NCBI RefSeq assembly: GCF_006345805.1
Contig: NC_043014.1
Location: forward strand, 7,874,001-7,938,000
DNA from: Octopus sinensis
Taxonomy: Eukaryota
DNA length: 64,000 nt
Direction: 5' to 3'
This document shows positions 24,056 to 37,034 of this stretch, piece after piece. The notes under the pieces are model-generated. The model saw nothing but the letters and a program-made list of their open reading frames with translations. It was not told the DNA's origin and made no database searches. A program made the position numbers and the translations under genes. Each line of letters opens with the position of its first letter. Position 1 is the stretch's first letter.

Positions 24056-25631
24056 CAGTTGCGGACAAAATGTTCAGAACGGCATTGTTTTCGTCAGAAA
24101 AGTAAATAAATACAATATTAATTGTTATTGTCTGAGATTTTGGTGTAATTTGAGAGGATAATACAAAAGTTATGGATGATTTAGTGATTTACTGCAAAAC
24201 CCATGGCGGCTAAAATGATCAGAAGGGTTGAAAAAATAACAAAATAATCAAAAATGACAGAGAATACTGGAATTATTTAATATTCAGTGTGAAGCCCTTT
24301 AGCTTCAATCACACTTTGACATCTTCGACTGCATGAGGAAATTAAATTTTCAATTTCTTGCTGGGTGATCTTATTCCATTCTTTCTGAAGGGCATTCCAT
24401 AATTGCTCAGTTGTTTTAGGATTTCTGGCTTTCGAACGTTCTCCTAGAATATTCCATACATTTTCAATAGCATTGAGATCTGGGCTTTGAGCAGGCCAAT
24501 CCATAACAATAACCTTTTCAGCCTTAAGGAAGTTCATGACCACTTTAGCCTTGTGACATGGGGTATTGTCCTGCATGAATATGGGTGGTCGCTTAGTTGA
24601 ATTTCTCATCACAGGCAAGACATGATCTTTTACAAGTTGTTTATAAACTCCTGCATTTACCTTTCCATGTAATCGTACCAAAGGGCCCTCACCATCTCCA
24701 GATATCATCCCCCAAACCATGACACTTCCTCCACCGAATTTAACACTAGTCTTAAGGCATTTAGGCGACAATTTTTCACCTACTTTTCTACGAACGTACC
24801 TTTTCCCATCTGAGCCAAATAACGTAAACTTAGATTCATCACTGAGATGCACCGTTTGCCATTTTTCTTGAGACCACAACACATGTTTGGTTGCAAAGGT
24901 AAGACGACACTTTTTATTTTTGGAGCTGATCAGTGGCTTCACTGCAGGTGCTCTTGCTTGTAGGTCATGTTCAACTAAACGACGAGACAGTTTTTCGAGA
25001 TAGTTTTCTTCAATACAATGCTCATTTTCCGAGAAACAGCAGCAGCAGTTTTAAATCTGTCCTTTTTAACCAACTTTACCATAGCACGATCTTCTCTCTT
25101 GGTCGTTTTTCTTGGCCTACCTGTAGACTTTCTTGCTTCGCACGAACCACAATCATCGTAGACCTTAAGAATACCGTGTACAACACTTTTTGACTTGTTA
25201 ACAATCTTTGCAATAGATCCAATACTTAAATTATCCTTCCTTCGAAGCTTAATAATCTGCTGACGAATTGGTAACGGAGTAAGTGGCATTATATTAACAA
25301 AGTACACTGCAAATATTCTTACTAATGTTTAGTAAACGAACCGTCACGTAAACAAATTCAAAACATTAGAGTTCGCCGGTAAAATATACTAAAACACGGA
25401 GTAAAAGCAACCGTTCTGATCAATTTGGCCGCCATGGGTTTTGCAGTAAATCACTAAATCATCCATAACTTTTGTATTATCCGCTCAAATTACACCAAAA
25501 TCTCAGGCAATAACAAATAATATCGTATTTATTGTCTGTGAAAATTATAGAATATAAAACAACTTTGCTAAAAAATTATATCTACTTTTCTGACGAAAAC
25601 AATGCCGTTCTGAACATTTTGGCCGCCACTG
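24056..25631 (-). mobile_element. Tc1 transposon, IR/DR type, TA-flanked
   Basis: TA|CAGT..CAAAATGTTCAGAACGGCATTG at both ends; inverted homology extends ~175-225 bp with inner DR GGCGGCTAAAATGATCAGAA. Confidence 0.95.
24277..25289 (-). pseudogene. Tc1 DD34E transposase, single frameshift near 24990
   Basis: HTH region with STGRPRKT; LSDESKF, FMQDNTPCH, SPDLNAIENVW; 34 residues between second D and E. Confidence 0.93.
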
Positions 25632-25936
25632 TATATATATATTGTGTTACATGCAAAATTAAGAGGAATGACCACTAAAGTGGACACCCTATATGCTAAA
25701 CATAGATGTCAAATCTCCATTACCACGAAGAATGTGTTCTCAAGAAAAAAAATCTCAGCAGGGTAGGGATTAATAATTTGTTTTTATTGCATTAGTTTTA
25801 TTTAGTTGCATACTCTGAGTTTCACTAAGACAAACGGACTTTCTGTACAAACCATGCTTCTTACAAAGTGTGAATGATGCAAGGACAGTGGCAGCTGTGC
25901 TTGTATTTTTATCTATCTTATACAAAAATATCACAC

Positions 25937-26430
25937 GGGATTCAAGCCTCTTCTCCTTATCTTCTCAAAGACGTACAGCATCTCGAAAGAGTCCAGAAGC
26001 TGGCTACCCGCATGGTTCTTGGTCTCAAGCATTTGTCTTATGAAGAAAGGCTGAAGACGCTCGACCTTTATTCTCTAGGAAACCGCGACGCCGTGGTGAT
26101 CTCATTCTTGCTCACAACATCATAAGCGGAAAGTGTAACCTCTCGAAAGAGCTGTTCTTCACTCCTCCTCCAGAGTGTCGGCTGCGGGGGTCACTCCGAA
26201 AAGCTCTATCTGCGACGATTTCATCTCAATCGAAGGAGAGGGGCTTTCTCCGTCCGGGTTGCGGATCCGTGGAATAAGCTGCCGGACGAGATAGTGAAGA
26301 TGCCGACGACCTCTCGGTTCAAGGTCTCTTTTGACCAGAAATGGCCTGAACACTTTACATGAACACCACCCTGTATATAACTCCATGTCCCCCTACATGG
26401 CCTTGCTTTTTGCTTTTTGAGCCAAAAAAT

Positions 26431-26460
<30 letters not shown>
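25937..26460 (+). mobile_element. 5'-truncated CR1-like LINE 3' end with (CTAA)n tail
   Basis: LERVQKLATRMVLGLKHLSYEERLKTLDLYSL..RRRGDLI..RGHSEKL..AFSVRVADPWNKLP; stop at 26362. Confidence 0.88.
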
Positions 26461-26461
<1 letters not shown>

Positions 26462-27461
26462 ATCTTGTACGGTGACAATACGGTCACCAAAGTGATGAAA
26501 TACTTAAAATATCAGTGATGACTGACAAATTCTTGAATTTACTTCTTTTATGCACACTTCTACGAGATAACTAGGCACTATTGCTATCTTGAGAAAAAAT
26601 CTATAAGGAATCATTATAGAATAAATAAATAAAGTGCTCGGTTATAACTCAACTATTGCATAAGTATGTTTCAAGTCCCTTTTGTGCTAGACTTTTAGTT
26701 AAAGTTACGTTATACGGACATAAACAACACAGAAATTTGACACTTTGACACGCAATACAGAACAATACATACATAATAAAATTACAAAAAAAAGGCCAAA
26801 TATCATACTTTTACATTTAAGTATTATTTAGTTGAAAAGAATTCTCATATGTACAGCTATCATAAAATTTTATTCCCAGATAAATGTCAGTATTATTTCA
26901 CGTAGAATGTTAAAAAAATATATAAAATTTCACATATGTTTAAAAAAATCTCATTGCTGGTTTCTATGTATATAAAATTATGTGGGAATGTACGTGTTTC
27001 CGGGTAAGTGTGTTTATGCTTCATATTAGTATGCATAAGCGGGTGCATCCAATTAATTTCAAGGCATTCAGTGTGTGTGTGTGTGTGTATGTGATTGTGT
27101 CTGCGTGTGTGTGTGTAAGTCTGCGTGTGTACGCGCACGTAAATATGTGTATAAACATATTTATTTATGTATTTATATATAGGTGAGTACGTGCTTGTGA
27201 GTAATTTGCAGATATGTACGTATAGTTTCGATTCCACTTCATGGTACACCGGGCAAGTGCCTTCCACAATCGCCTCGAAATAGCAATATTTTGTGAAGGA
27301 AATTCGATATGCGGTAAAATATACATACATACATACATACATACATACATACATAATACATACGTACAAACATGTATACATACATACAAACAAATACATA
27401 TACATATGTATGTATATATTTACAAACACACACAAAACCCCGCACGCACACACATGCATAC

Positions 27462-27499
<38 letters not shown>

Positions 27500-28074
27500 A
27501 TATAAAAGATTCTGTCTGTTTGTCCCACAAAGTGAAACTAAAACCAGACACCATTCCTCTATGATTTTCTTTCTATGTCTCATCTGTTCTCCCTCCACCT
27601 CTATATTCTCTGTCTGTCTCTCTGCTATGCTACTTCAAAGAAATTCTGTCTCTATTAGTTTCACAAAGTAAAACTAAAACTCTGCCATGCTACTTCAAAG
27701 ACATTCTCTCTCTCTCTCTCTCTCTGTTTGTTCCGCAAAGTGAAACTAAACCCAGACACCATCTCTCTATGACTTTCTTTCTTCTCTATGTGTCTATTTT
27801 CTCTCTCTTTCTTTCTCTCTCTCTTTCTCTCTCCCCTCCTTCTGCCACTACCTTATAGAGGGGATCTTATCACTCTGTTCACTGAAATGTTGAGAGAAAT
27901 TTCTAATAAGGATGAACTGACCTCGTACATAAATGATAACCTTCCCAAGCTTCTACCTGATCAAAGTATTAACAATAACACAGGAGAACTTTATTTCTTA
28001 GATGCTCCAGAAGGTACTAAAGTTCGTCAAGAAAATAAAATAGCTACTACTACTTCTGGCATTGCAACAACATT

Positions 28075-28457
28075 GGAAGCACTCCGTCGGTTACGACGAC
28101 GAGGGTTCCGGTTGATCCGAATCAACGGAACAGCCTGCTCGTGAAATTAACGTGTAAGTGGCTGAGCACTCCACAGACACGTGCACCCTTAACGTAGTTC
28201 TCGGGGATATTCAGCGTGACACAGAGAGTGACAAGGCCGGCCCCTTGAAATACAGGTACAACAGAAATAGGAAGTAAGAGTGAGAGAAAGTTGTGGTGAA
28301 AGAGTACAGCAAGGATCACCACCATCCCCTGCCGGAGCCTCGTGGAGCTTTTAGGTGTTTTCGCTCAATAAACACTCACACTGCCCGGTCTGGGAATCGA
28401 AACCGCGATCCTATGACCGCGAGTCCGCTGCCCTAACCACTGGGCCATTGCGCCTCC
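28075..28457 (-). mobile_element. Second tRNA-SINE family, full length, 11-bp TSD
   Basis: GCAACAACATT at 28064-28074 and 28458-28468; removal restores the helicase reading. Confidence 0.93.
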
Positions 28458-28544
28458 GCAACAACATTACTACCCGGAGGTCAGACTACCCATTCAACAT
28501 TCAAGTTACCTTTAGATTTATCTAACAAACAAGATCAAGTTTGT

Positions 28545-28842
28545 TGTGTCTGGGGAGAGTCATTTTCTTTTTGTGCCTTATAATGTAACACACTCACCGG
28601 TAAAATTCCCACTTGTTAATTTAACTATATTTTTATTTTCCTAAAGAGTCAAGACTATTAAAAAGGTTGCAAGACGCAACGAAAATTTTAGGAAAATAAA
28701 AATATGAAATAAATGGGAATTTTACCGGTGAGTGTGTTACATTATAAGACACAAAAAGAAAATGACTCTCCCCAGACACAACAGAATATGCTTCAACACA
28801 CGAACTCATATAAAGAATCTTGCAAACTAAATCCAAAAACGA
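28545..28842. mobile_element. Hairpin element family B with 14-bp TSD
   Basis: Inverted arms ~28542-28645 / 28687-28784; AAGATCAAGTTTGT duplicated at 28531-28544 and 28843-28856. Confidence 0.85.
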
Positions 28843-29049
28843 AAGATCAAGTTTGTAATATATCTAAAAATTCTGCAATGGGTGAACTGATACAGTTTTT
28901 TTTTTCGTTGTCCCGGACAAATGTACCATGGCCTACAAAAAAGCTTTTGAAGCTATTGAAAGAACATTACGAGACATTAGAAATTGTAATTCCATGAAAG
29001 GAAATGTGACAGTATTATTGTCAGGAAACTTCCGACAAACACTACCAGA

Positions 29050-29211
29050 GGCGCAGGAGTGGCTGTGTGGTAAGTAGCTTGCTTACCAATCACATGGTTC
29101 TGGGTTCAGTCCCACTGCGTGGCACCTTGGGCAAGTGTCTTCTACTATAGCCCCGGGCCGACCAAAGCCTTGTGAGTGGATTTGGTAGACGGAAACTGAA
29201 AGAAGCCCATC

Positions 29212-29258
<47 letters not shown>

Positions 29259-29648
29259 ATATATATTATATATATATATATAATATATATATATTTATTA
29301 CACACATGTGAGTGAGAACACTTTGAGATATTTTTGGTATCTAACATATGTCAGATACTGCGAGCGCTGCTTCTGATTGGTCAATCCATGGTGATGACCC
29401 GAGGTCACGGTGACGGCACTACTTTTGTCATTCATAAGTTACAACTAAACGTGAAGAATTTAGTTATTGGTTAATAAAATATGGTCGTTTATTCGTGTGT
29501 AATAAATAAAATACCAAACTCATTCCCCATGGATACCGTATTTATTACAACGAGTGGCTTGTAAACGTATCTAACTCGCTTTCGCTCGTTAGATACATTT
29601 ACAAGCCACTCGTTGTAATAATACGGTATCCATGGGGAATGAGTTTGG

Positions 29649-29730
<82 letters not shown>

Positions 29731-29942
29731 GTGTGTATATGTTTGTGTGTCTGTGTTTGTCCCCCCCCAAACATCACTTGACAACCGATGCTGGTGTGTT
29801 TACGTTCCCGTAACTTAGCGGTTCGGCTAAAGAGACCGATAGAATAAGTACTAGGTTCACAAAGAATAAGTCCCTAAAGGCGGTGCTTCAGCATGGCCGT
29901 AGTCAAACGACTGAAACAAGTAAAAGAATAAAAGAATAAAAG
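29050..29942 (+). mobile_element. CORE-type SINE split by an insertion in its internal microsatellite
   Basis: 5' half 29050-29212, 3' half ~29730-29942, foreign DNA between. Confidence 0.82.
29510..29652. repeat. Palindrome (~66-bp arms, centre TCGCTTTCGCTC), MITE-like
   Basis: Arms 29510-29575 / 29588-29652. Confidence 0.85.
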
Positions 29943-30519
29943 TTGTTCCACGAGGAACAAAAGTGGACGAGCTCAATGCTTCAATAAAGTCTTCTGTATT
30001 TTGGCATCATGTGAAAACACTTCAACTTTCAACAAATATAAGATCGAGGCTTTCAAGACATCAATCAGCTGAACCTTTTGCAGAGCAGCTTTTGAAACTC
30101 GGTGAAGAGAGAGTTCCTATTGATGATGAACAGTTTCTTACACTCAATCCAATATGTAATTCAACTGACCCCGTCGATGATTTGATGTATGAAACATTTC
30201 CTAATCTTCTTCATAACTACAACAGTACAAATTACATCGGTGACAGAGCTATCCTGGCTCCAAATAATGTTCCTCTACATACCAGTAATAATATGCAATT
30301 GAATAAACTTCTACAACCCTTCACTTGTATACTCAATTGACAGTATTCTGATGATCAGCTATCCCATCGAATTCTTTTACTCACTACAACCACCAGGTAC
30401 AGTTCCTCGTTGTCTTCAGTGGTTAAAAGGGACTCCTATTATGCTATTACATATTTTATCTCAACCAGAATTATGCAATGGTGCAAGATTAATTGTGCAC
30501 AAGTTTCATTGACCCAAAC

Positions 30520-31018
30520 ATTCTCAAAATGTTTCTAAGTCTGGCATAATAATCTCAAGTCACTCTATTTTTATTCACAGTACTTTCGTAAGGTATGTTT
30601 TGAACAATGCCTTGGTATTTGTAGCATTCTTTGTTTGAAACAGGAGAAATAGTGTGACCATTGATATACAAGTTTTGGGTACGTGGGATTGATTTTTCTC
30701 CGTTCAGCAATCAAATACAAGCATTTCTTTTGGCCAAATTCCATTCCTATGTCAACTGAAAACTCTTGTTATCAATTTCAGTCGTTTTATTACATTACTC
30801 TTTTACTCTTTTACTTGTTTCAGTCATTTGAATGCAGCCATGCTGGAGCACCGCCTTCAATCGAGCAACTCGACCCCGGGACTTATTCTTTTTGTAAACC
30901 CAGTACTTATTCTATCGGTCTCTTTTGCCGAACCGCTAAGTGATGGGGACATAAACACACCAGCATCGGTTGTCAAGCAATGCTAGGAGGACAAACACAG
31001 TCACACAAACATACACGC

Positions 31019-31081
<63 letters not shown>

Positions 31082-31840
31082 ATATACGACGGGCTTCTTT
31101 CAGTTTCCGTCTACCAAATCCACTCACAAGGCTTTGGTCGGCCCGAGGCTATAGTAGAAGACACTTGCCCAAGGTGCCACGCAGTGGGACTGAACCCGGA
31201 ACCATGTGGTTCGTAAGCAAGCTACTTACCACAAATCTTGAGGTCATCCACAAAACCTATGAATTACATTAATATATCAAGCAGCCGTAGGCCCTAGTAT
31301 GTAGCACTTTGACTTTTGTAGAAGAAATAATGGATTTAATACCAAAATGAGCAGAATTACAGAAAGGCTCTCATAATATTCCCTTTGTAATATTTATAAC
31401 ATTGAAAAGATTGTTCTGCTCTCAGTTCTAAGTGTAAGAATTGTTTCCAGGTCTTTGTAAGCATCTCAATAGCAGCAATTAAGGCAGCAAGCTCTTTTAT
31501 CAAGCAGCCATGAATGGGGAATGGATTCAAATGTCTTCCTATAATGAAACCATATTATTGCAAGGTTCTCGCAGTGTTTTTTTTTTTACTTCAGACAGTT
31601 CAGCTTTGTTTATCAAAATTATTCGCACATCCCCACACTCCCTTCTTTCCAGTGACCGGCTCATCAGTCGCTGTGTTGTTGGACTCGCAATGATCTTGGA
31701 GGAGTTGGTTGAGGCAGCCTGTGTATAATTTGTACTTAACGTTTAGGCAACCAATGGGCCTTTAATTTTCTGCCAGCTCGGTGGTGTCATTGTTGGCTAC
31801 AAGATTCGTCCGCGCTATAACAAATCAATTTAGTATGTCA
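30520..31840 (-). pseudogene. R4/Dong-like reverse transcriptase fragment, interrupted by a SINE
   Basis: LNVKYKLYTGCLNQLLQDHCESNN..GKKGVWGC, LINKAELSEVK, YRKTFESIPHSWL, FVDDLKI, then FSVDIGMEFGQKKC and YKYQGI across frameshifts. Confidence 0.8.
30796..31233 (-). mobile_element. CORE-type SINE (head slightly truncated)
   Basis: Family match. Confidence 0.9.
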
Positions 31841-31981
31841 ACCCGACCTTCTACATCAATATTACAAATATTACAAAGCATCAAATACTTAAAATTAGCT
31901 GACCCGAACGCATAAGCAATGTGGAGCTATGGCAAAGAACAAATCAAGTTTCGATTAGGGAGCAAATATTTAAGAAAAAGT

Positions 31982-32376
31982 GAGTGGCTGTGTGGTAAGT
32001 AGCTTGCTAACCAACCACATGGTTCCGGGTTCAGTCCCACTGCGTTGCATCTTGGGCAAGTGTCTTCTGCTATAGCCCCTGGCCGACCAATGCCTTGTGA
32101 GTGGATTTGGTAGACGGAAACTGAAAGAAGCCTGTCGTATATATGTATGTGTGTTTGTTTGTGTGTGTGTGTTTGTCCCCCTAGCATTGCTTGACAACCG
32201 ATGCTGGTGTGTTTATGTACCCGTAACTTAGCGGTTCGGCAAAAGAGACCGATAGAATAAGTACTGGGCATACAAAGAATAAGTCCTGGGGTCGATTTGC
32301 TCGACTAAAGGCGGTGCTCCAGCATGGCCGCAGTCAAATGACTGAAACAAGTAAAAGAGTAAAAGAGTAAAAGAGA
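31982..32376 (+). mobile_element. CORE-type SINE
   Basis: Family match. Confidence 0.9.
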
Positions 32377-32377
32377 G

Positions 32378-32627
32378 TGGATTGGTAGCACAATTAGAAA
32401 AGACACACCAAATGTAGCGAAAAGTGCTTTACAGTGGAATCCGGATGGATGTAGAAAGAAAGGTAGGCCTAAGAACGCATGGCGGAGATCAACACAGAAG
32501 GAACTAGAGAAAGGGGGACATTCATGGCAGAGTATAAGTATGGAAGCGAAAAATTATGCGACATGGAATTCAACTATACGTGGCCTATACTCCGCGTTGG
32601 AGGGTTAAAGGCATAAAGAAAGAAGAA
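32378..32627 (+). pseudogene. RTE LINE 3' end with AAG-rich tail
   Basis: WIGSTIRKDTPNVAKSALQWNPDGCRKKGRPKNAWRRS...IRGLYSALEG*. Confidence 0.8.
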
Positions 32628-32736
32628 CCCGACCTTCTGCAGTATTTGTGAATGTATAAGTGGTTTCTTGAAATATGTCAGCTTCTTGTACCATTTTCCA
32701 ACTATTAGTGCGTATTTATATTCTTGTGATTAACAT

Positions 32737-32962
32737 CTATTTCTTTACTACCCACAAGGGGCTAAACGCAGAGAGGACAAACAAGAACAGACAAAGGGAT
32801 TAAGTCGATTATATGGACCCCAGTGCGTAACTGGTACTTATTTAATCGACCCCGGAAGGATGAAAGGCAAAGTCGACCTCGGCGGAATTTGAACTCAGAA
32901 CGTAACGGCAGACGAAATACGGCTACGCATTTCGCCCGGCGTGCTAACGATTCTGCCAGCTC
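32737..32962 (-). mobile_element. Meta-like SINE, monomer
   Basis: Family match to 60749-60978. Confidence 0.9.
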
Positions 32963-33628
32963 CATGGGCTCTCCAGCGACAGCGTCGATAACTTCCAATA
33001 TCAGAGCTTAGGATTTTTTCTTAATCTTCTTAAAGATAGCTTTGAAAAAGTAGAAAAGTCTTATACAAACTTGGGCTTCAGGATGTTCCTATGTTGAATA
33101 TATTCCACAGTTGTCTCTGATGACTCAGCTATATTTTGGAGAAAGACGAAAATTTAGTCGTGGCGGCAGTAGTTTCTTTACATTATTTTCGATCTCTGTT
33201 CTGGCAGGTTTTGACCAGTTCTCAGTGTTTCGAGAAGATCTATTTACATCACGAGTGCAAGCCATTGTTTTCAAAAGATATTTGCTGATGGAGCTGGTTT
33301 TGCAGTAAAGGTGCTTAAATTGGGGTCAGCTTCGTCCTATTGTTTTTTTGACTGCTTCATATATCTGACAGAAGGGTATTCACACGTTTTTTTTTTATAG
33401 CATCGAAGTAAATCTTGGTTTAGATGTAGAGTCCAAATAAAGTGAGAGGAGTATTTACGCCTTCTTAGATAGCTTACTGGTGCTGTAGTGCTTTTTCGTC
33501 GGTGGTGTTCTTACTCAAGTCTGATTTGAAGCAATGATGTAATCATGATGTTCTGGTAATCTGATGAACCAGCCTTCACAGTCTGCACTGATTTGTAAAT
33601 GTACAATTGTATTGTATAATGGGTAGCA

Positions 33629-33990
33629 TACATATTAGTGTACACATATAATGTTCATTATATATAAACAGTGGACTATGCGAAACGGTCTAATCTTAAG
33701 GATAACAAGTGGTTAAATATATTCACCTCTCACATCTCTTGATTATAACTTCAATATATAATGAACATTATATGTGTACACTAATATGTGACCTCGTGTG
33801 TACCGTTGGCGATTTTTTTCCTCTGTCTTCCCTTCTCTGGATCTTTCCTTCTCCTATGTTTCCGACGAAAAGCTCCGCTCGAAACTTTAAACCCTCCTTC
33901 TTTCCTTCTTTCCTGAGCGTCCAATAATACTATATTTGTTCCACGTCCTCGCGTTGTTGTGTTGTTTTGTGCTTTCTTGTTGGGATTAAC

Positions 33991-33991
<1 letters not shown>
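33629..33991 (+). mobile_element. PLE family F 3' terminus with short upstream inverted repeat
   Basis: IR 33629-33665 / 33754-33790; body 33785-33991 with mutated HHR; ends in (TA)n. Confidence 0.75.
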
Positions 33992-34079
<88 letters not shown>

Positions 34080-34102
34080 ATATATATATAATATATATAA
34101 TA

Positions 34103-34164
<62 letters not shown>

Positions 34165-34617
34165 GTATTTATGTGTGTGTTGTAGGAAATAGCTCTCCTC
34201 CTCAAACTTACTGTATTAATCTCGCTACCACGTTCGGAGGTTACTCTTTATTCTAATAGTAATTTTCCTTTTACTTCATATTCCTATGATCAGATTTTGC
34301 TTTCCAGTGTTATTAACTAATGTTTTGTATTTATTTTTGTTTTGTGTTTTATATCACAATGTGGAGATTGGTCGCTCAATGTGATATTTATGAACATATA
34401 GTCTTCCATATTTTTTTTTTTTTTTGTTTTGAACGGCTTCAGTGACCGGACAAAAGACTTCCTGGCATACCGTCTTCATGAGTTCAGTCAGTCCGTGAAG
34501 ACTGAAATAGATATTTTTGTTTCTTATTTACTTTATCGGTATCTATTTTCCCAAGAGCTTGCAACGAATTTTCAAGCGGTGTCAAGGATACACATATGTT
34601 ACAAACAAGCGTACATA

Positions 34618-34653
<36 letters not shown>

Positions 34654-34863
34654 TATATATATATATATAATAATAAAATAATAAGAAGAAGAAGAAGAGT
34701 AAATAATTCCTTTAATGGTTTTTAAAAAAACAACAATTATTTACTGGTAGAATTCGGTATGTAAATATAACCCAATTTCTAATTGTTTCGGTATGCGGCC
34801 AAGCACCTGTTGCCTGCCCCTTTTATTTATATACAATATAATATATATATATTATATATATAT

Positions 34864-34914
<51 letters not shown>

Positions 34915-34979
34915 GTGTGTGTGTGTATCTATCTATCTATCTTTTATAAAATGAATTATATATATATATATATATTATA

Positions 34980-35882
34980 CGATGTCTGTTCAATAAGTAT
35001 CAGGACTGTTGCCATAGAAACGAAGCTAAAGCACGCAGAGTGAAGTCGCTCGGCAAAGATTGACCAAAATCTCTGCTGTGCATGCGCACAAAGTTTTAGC
35101 ATTCAAGCTCACTTTCGCTGTTTACAGTAGTGCTTGGAAGGAAAGGTGTGTAAGGTGTGATCGTCGAATTGACCATGAAAGAGAAAGTTGCCATAGCGAT
35201 ACTTGTTTAGAGGCCTATGCAAAGTTGTAGAAAGTGTATGGAGAAGAGTGTATGAGCCGCACACAAGTGTACATGCGGTTCAAACGTTTCCAAGATGGCT
35301 GAAAAAATGTCGATATTGACGGACGTTCTAGAAGACTCGCAATTAGGAGAACTGAGAAAAAAAACATCGCAGTTGTGTGTGCAGCTGTGAGGGGATACCG
35401 TCCAATCACCATCCGTGAGTTATGAAATGATGTGGAGATTAGTTACGGTTCAGTTCAGTCCATCATCACTGAAGATTTGGGTACGAGACACGTGTCTGCC
35501 AATTTTATGCCAAAACTGCTTCAGCTGACCACAGAGACACTAGGGGCGTCAGTTGCACAAGATCTCCTTGATTGTGTCGAGAACGATGAAGACGCTTTTA
35601 AATCTTTGCGTAGACCTATGAGCAGGTATCGCCAAGCTTTTGGCAAAATTTGATGCAGATTCCCTGCTCAATTTTCTCTGACATGGCCAATGCGATGGTT
35701 ACACGCTATATCCCTTCTTTCCTTCCAAGCACCGCTGTAAACAGCGGAAGTGAGCTAGAAAATTCAGACTTAGTGCGCATTTACAGTAGAGTTCAAGATA
35801 AATCAATGCCAAGCAGTTTTACTTTGCATGCTTTAGCTTCGCGACTACGACAACAGTCCGGATACTTATTGATCAGACCTCG
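34980..35882 (+). mobile_element. Internally deleted mariner with long (~170 bp) imperfect TIRs
   Basis: TA|CGAGGTCTGATCAATAAGTATCCGGACTGT-type ends; KVYGEECMSRTQVY..FKRFQDG..GSVQSIITEDLGTRHVSANFMPKLL with stops. Confidence 0.85.
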
Positions 35883-36336
35883 TATACACATACACCCAGA
35901 CACACACATTTATTCGTTCCAGCCTTCCTGTTGTGCCCCGTCGTGACCACGATCAACAAGCTGGAACTCATATCTATCCATCTTTCTTTAAACATACACC
36001 TAACACCTATATGTATATGTTTCTTATATATATATATATATATATAGTAGATATATGTTACGAAAAGAAAATATAAAATACACGTGGAAATGTAAGGGTA
36101 AAATATGAATAAAATCAACGAAAATGCACATTGCAAATAAAAAAAGGCTATTTATGACAGGTAACGACAAATATATTCATTTAGATTGACTGAGGTAGTA
36201 ATACGAGTCATAAAAGTCATTATTATGAGATGATTATAAGATGATAATAAAGTAAGAGAATAAAACGGACCATGGTTTACGCAAAGTTATTCATCGTTTG
36301 AACAATATATATATAATTATATATATAGATATAGAT

Positions 36337-36387
<51 letters not shown>

Positions 36388-36388
36388 C

Positions 36389-36425
<37 letters not shown>

Positions 36426-36594
36426 TTATATATGTGTCACCATATTTATCCGACTATCGAATTTCCCTCACAAAGCATTGTTATCCCGAGGCGATGGGGG
36501 AAGGCACTTGTCCAATGTGCCAAGAAGTGGGATTGAAACTAGTCGTACATAGCTGCAAATTGAACTCCTTTCCTGCAGGCACGTACTCACATAC

Positions 36595-37034
36595 TCTTAC
36601 TCTTTTTTACTCTTTTACTTGTTTCAGTCATTTGACTGCAGCCATGCTGGAGCACCGCTTTTAGTCGAGCAACGACCCCGGGGACTTATTCTTTGTAAGC
36701 CCAGTACTTATTCTACGGTCTCTTTTGCCGAACCGCTAAGTGACGGGGACGTAAACACACCACAGCATCGCTTGTCAAGCAATGCTAGAGGTACAAACAC
36801 AGACACACAAGCATATACACACACATACATATATATATATTATATATATATATATATATATATTACATATAACACAGGCTTCTTTCAGTTTCCGTCTACC
36901 AAATCCACTCACAAGGCTTTGGTCGGCTCGAGGCTATAGCAGAAGACACTTGCCCGAGTTGCCACGCAGTGGGACTGAACCCAGAACCATGTGGCTGGTT
37001 AGCAAGCTACTTACCACACAGCCACTCCTGCGCC
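36595..37034 (-). mobile_element. CORE-type SINE
   Basis: Family match. Confidence 0.9.

Larger units (their letters stand above)
27860..30515 (+). pseudogene. Helitron PIF1-type helicase fossil interrupted by nested insertions
   Basis: Colinear motifs YFLDAPEGT, SGIATTLLPGGQTTHSTFKLPL, DKCTMAYKKAFEAIERTLRD, LLSGNFRQTLP-VVPRGT, RAILAPNN, TPIMLL..LCNGARL. Confidence 0.88.

Noticed and set aside
28390-28457. tRNA gene
   Set aside because: tRNA-like A/B boxes continue into a SINE body bounded by a TSD; no separate tRNA supported. Same for 44528-44590 and the other SINE heads.
28646-28695. Hammerhead in family B spacer (gttgc/gcaac-GAAA-ATTTTA)
   Set aside because: Stem II and GAAA are present but there is no recognisable CUGANGA.
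32990-33600. LINE coding remnant
   Set aside because: Coding-like composition but no motif I can assign; all frames interrupted.
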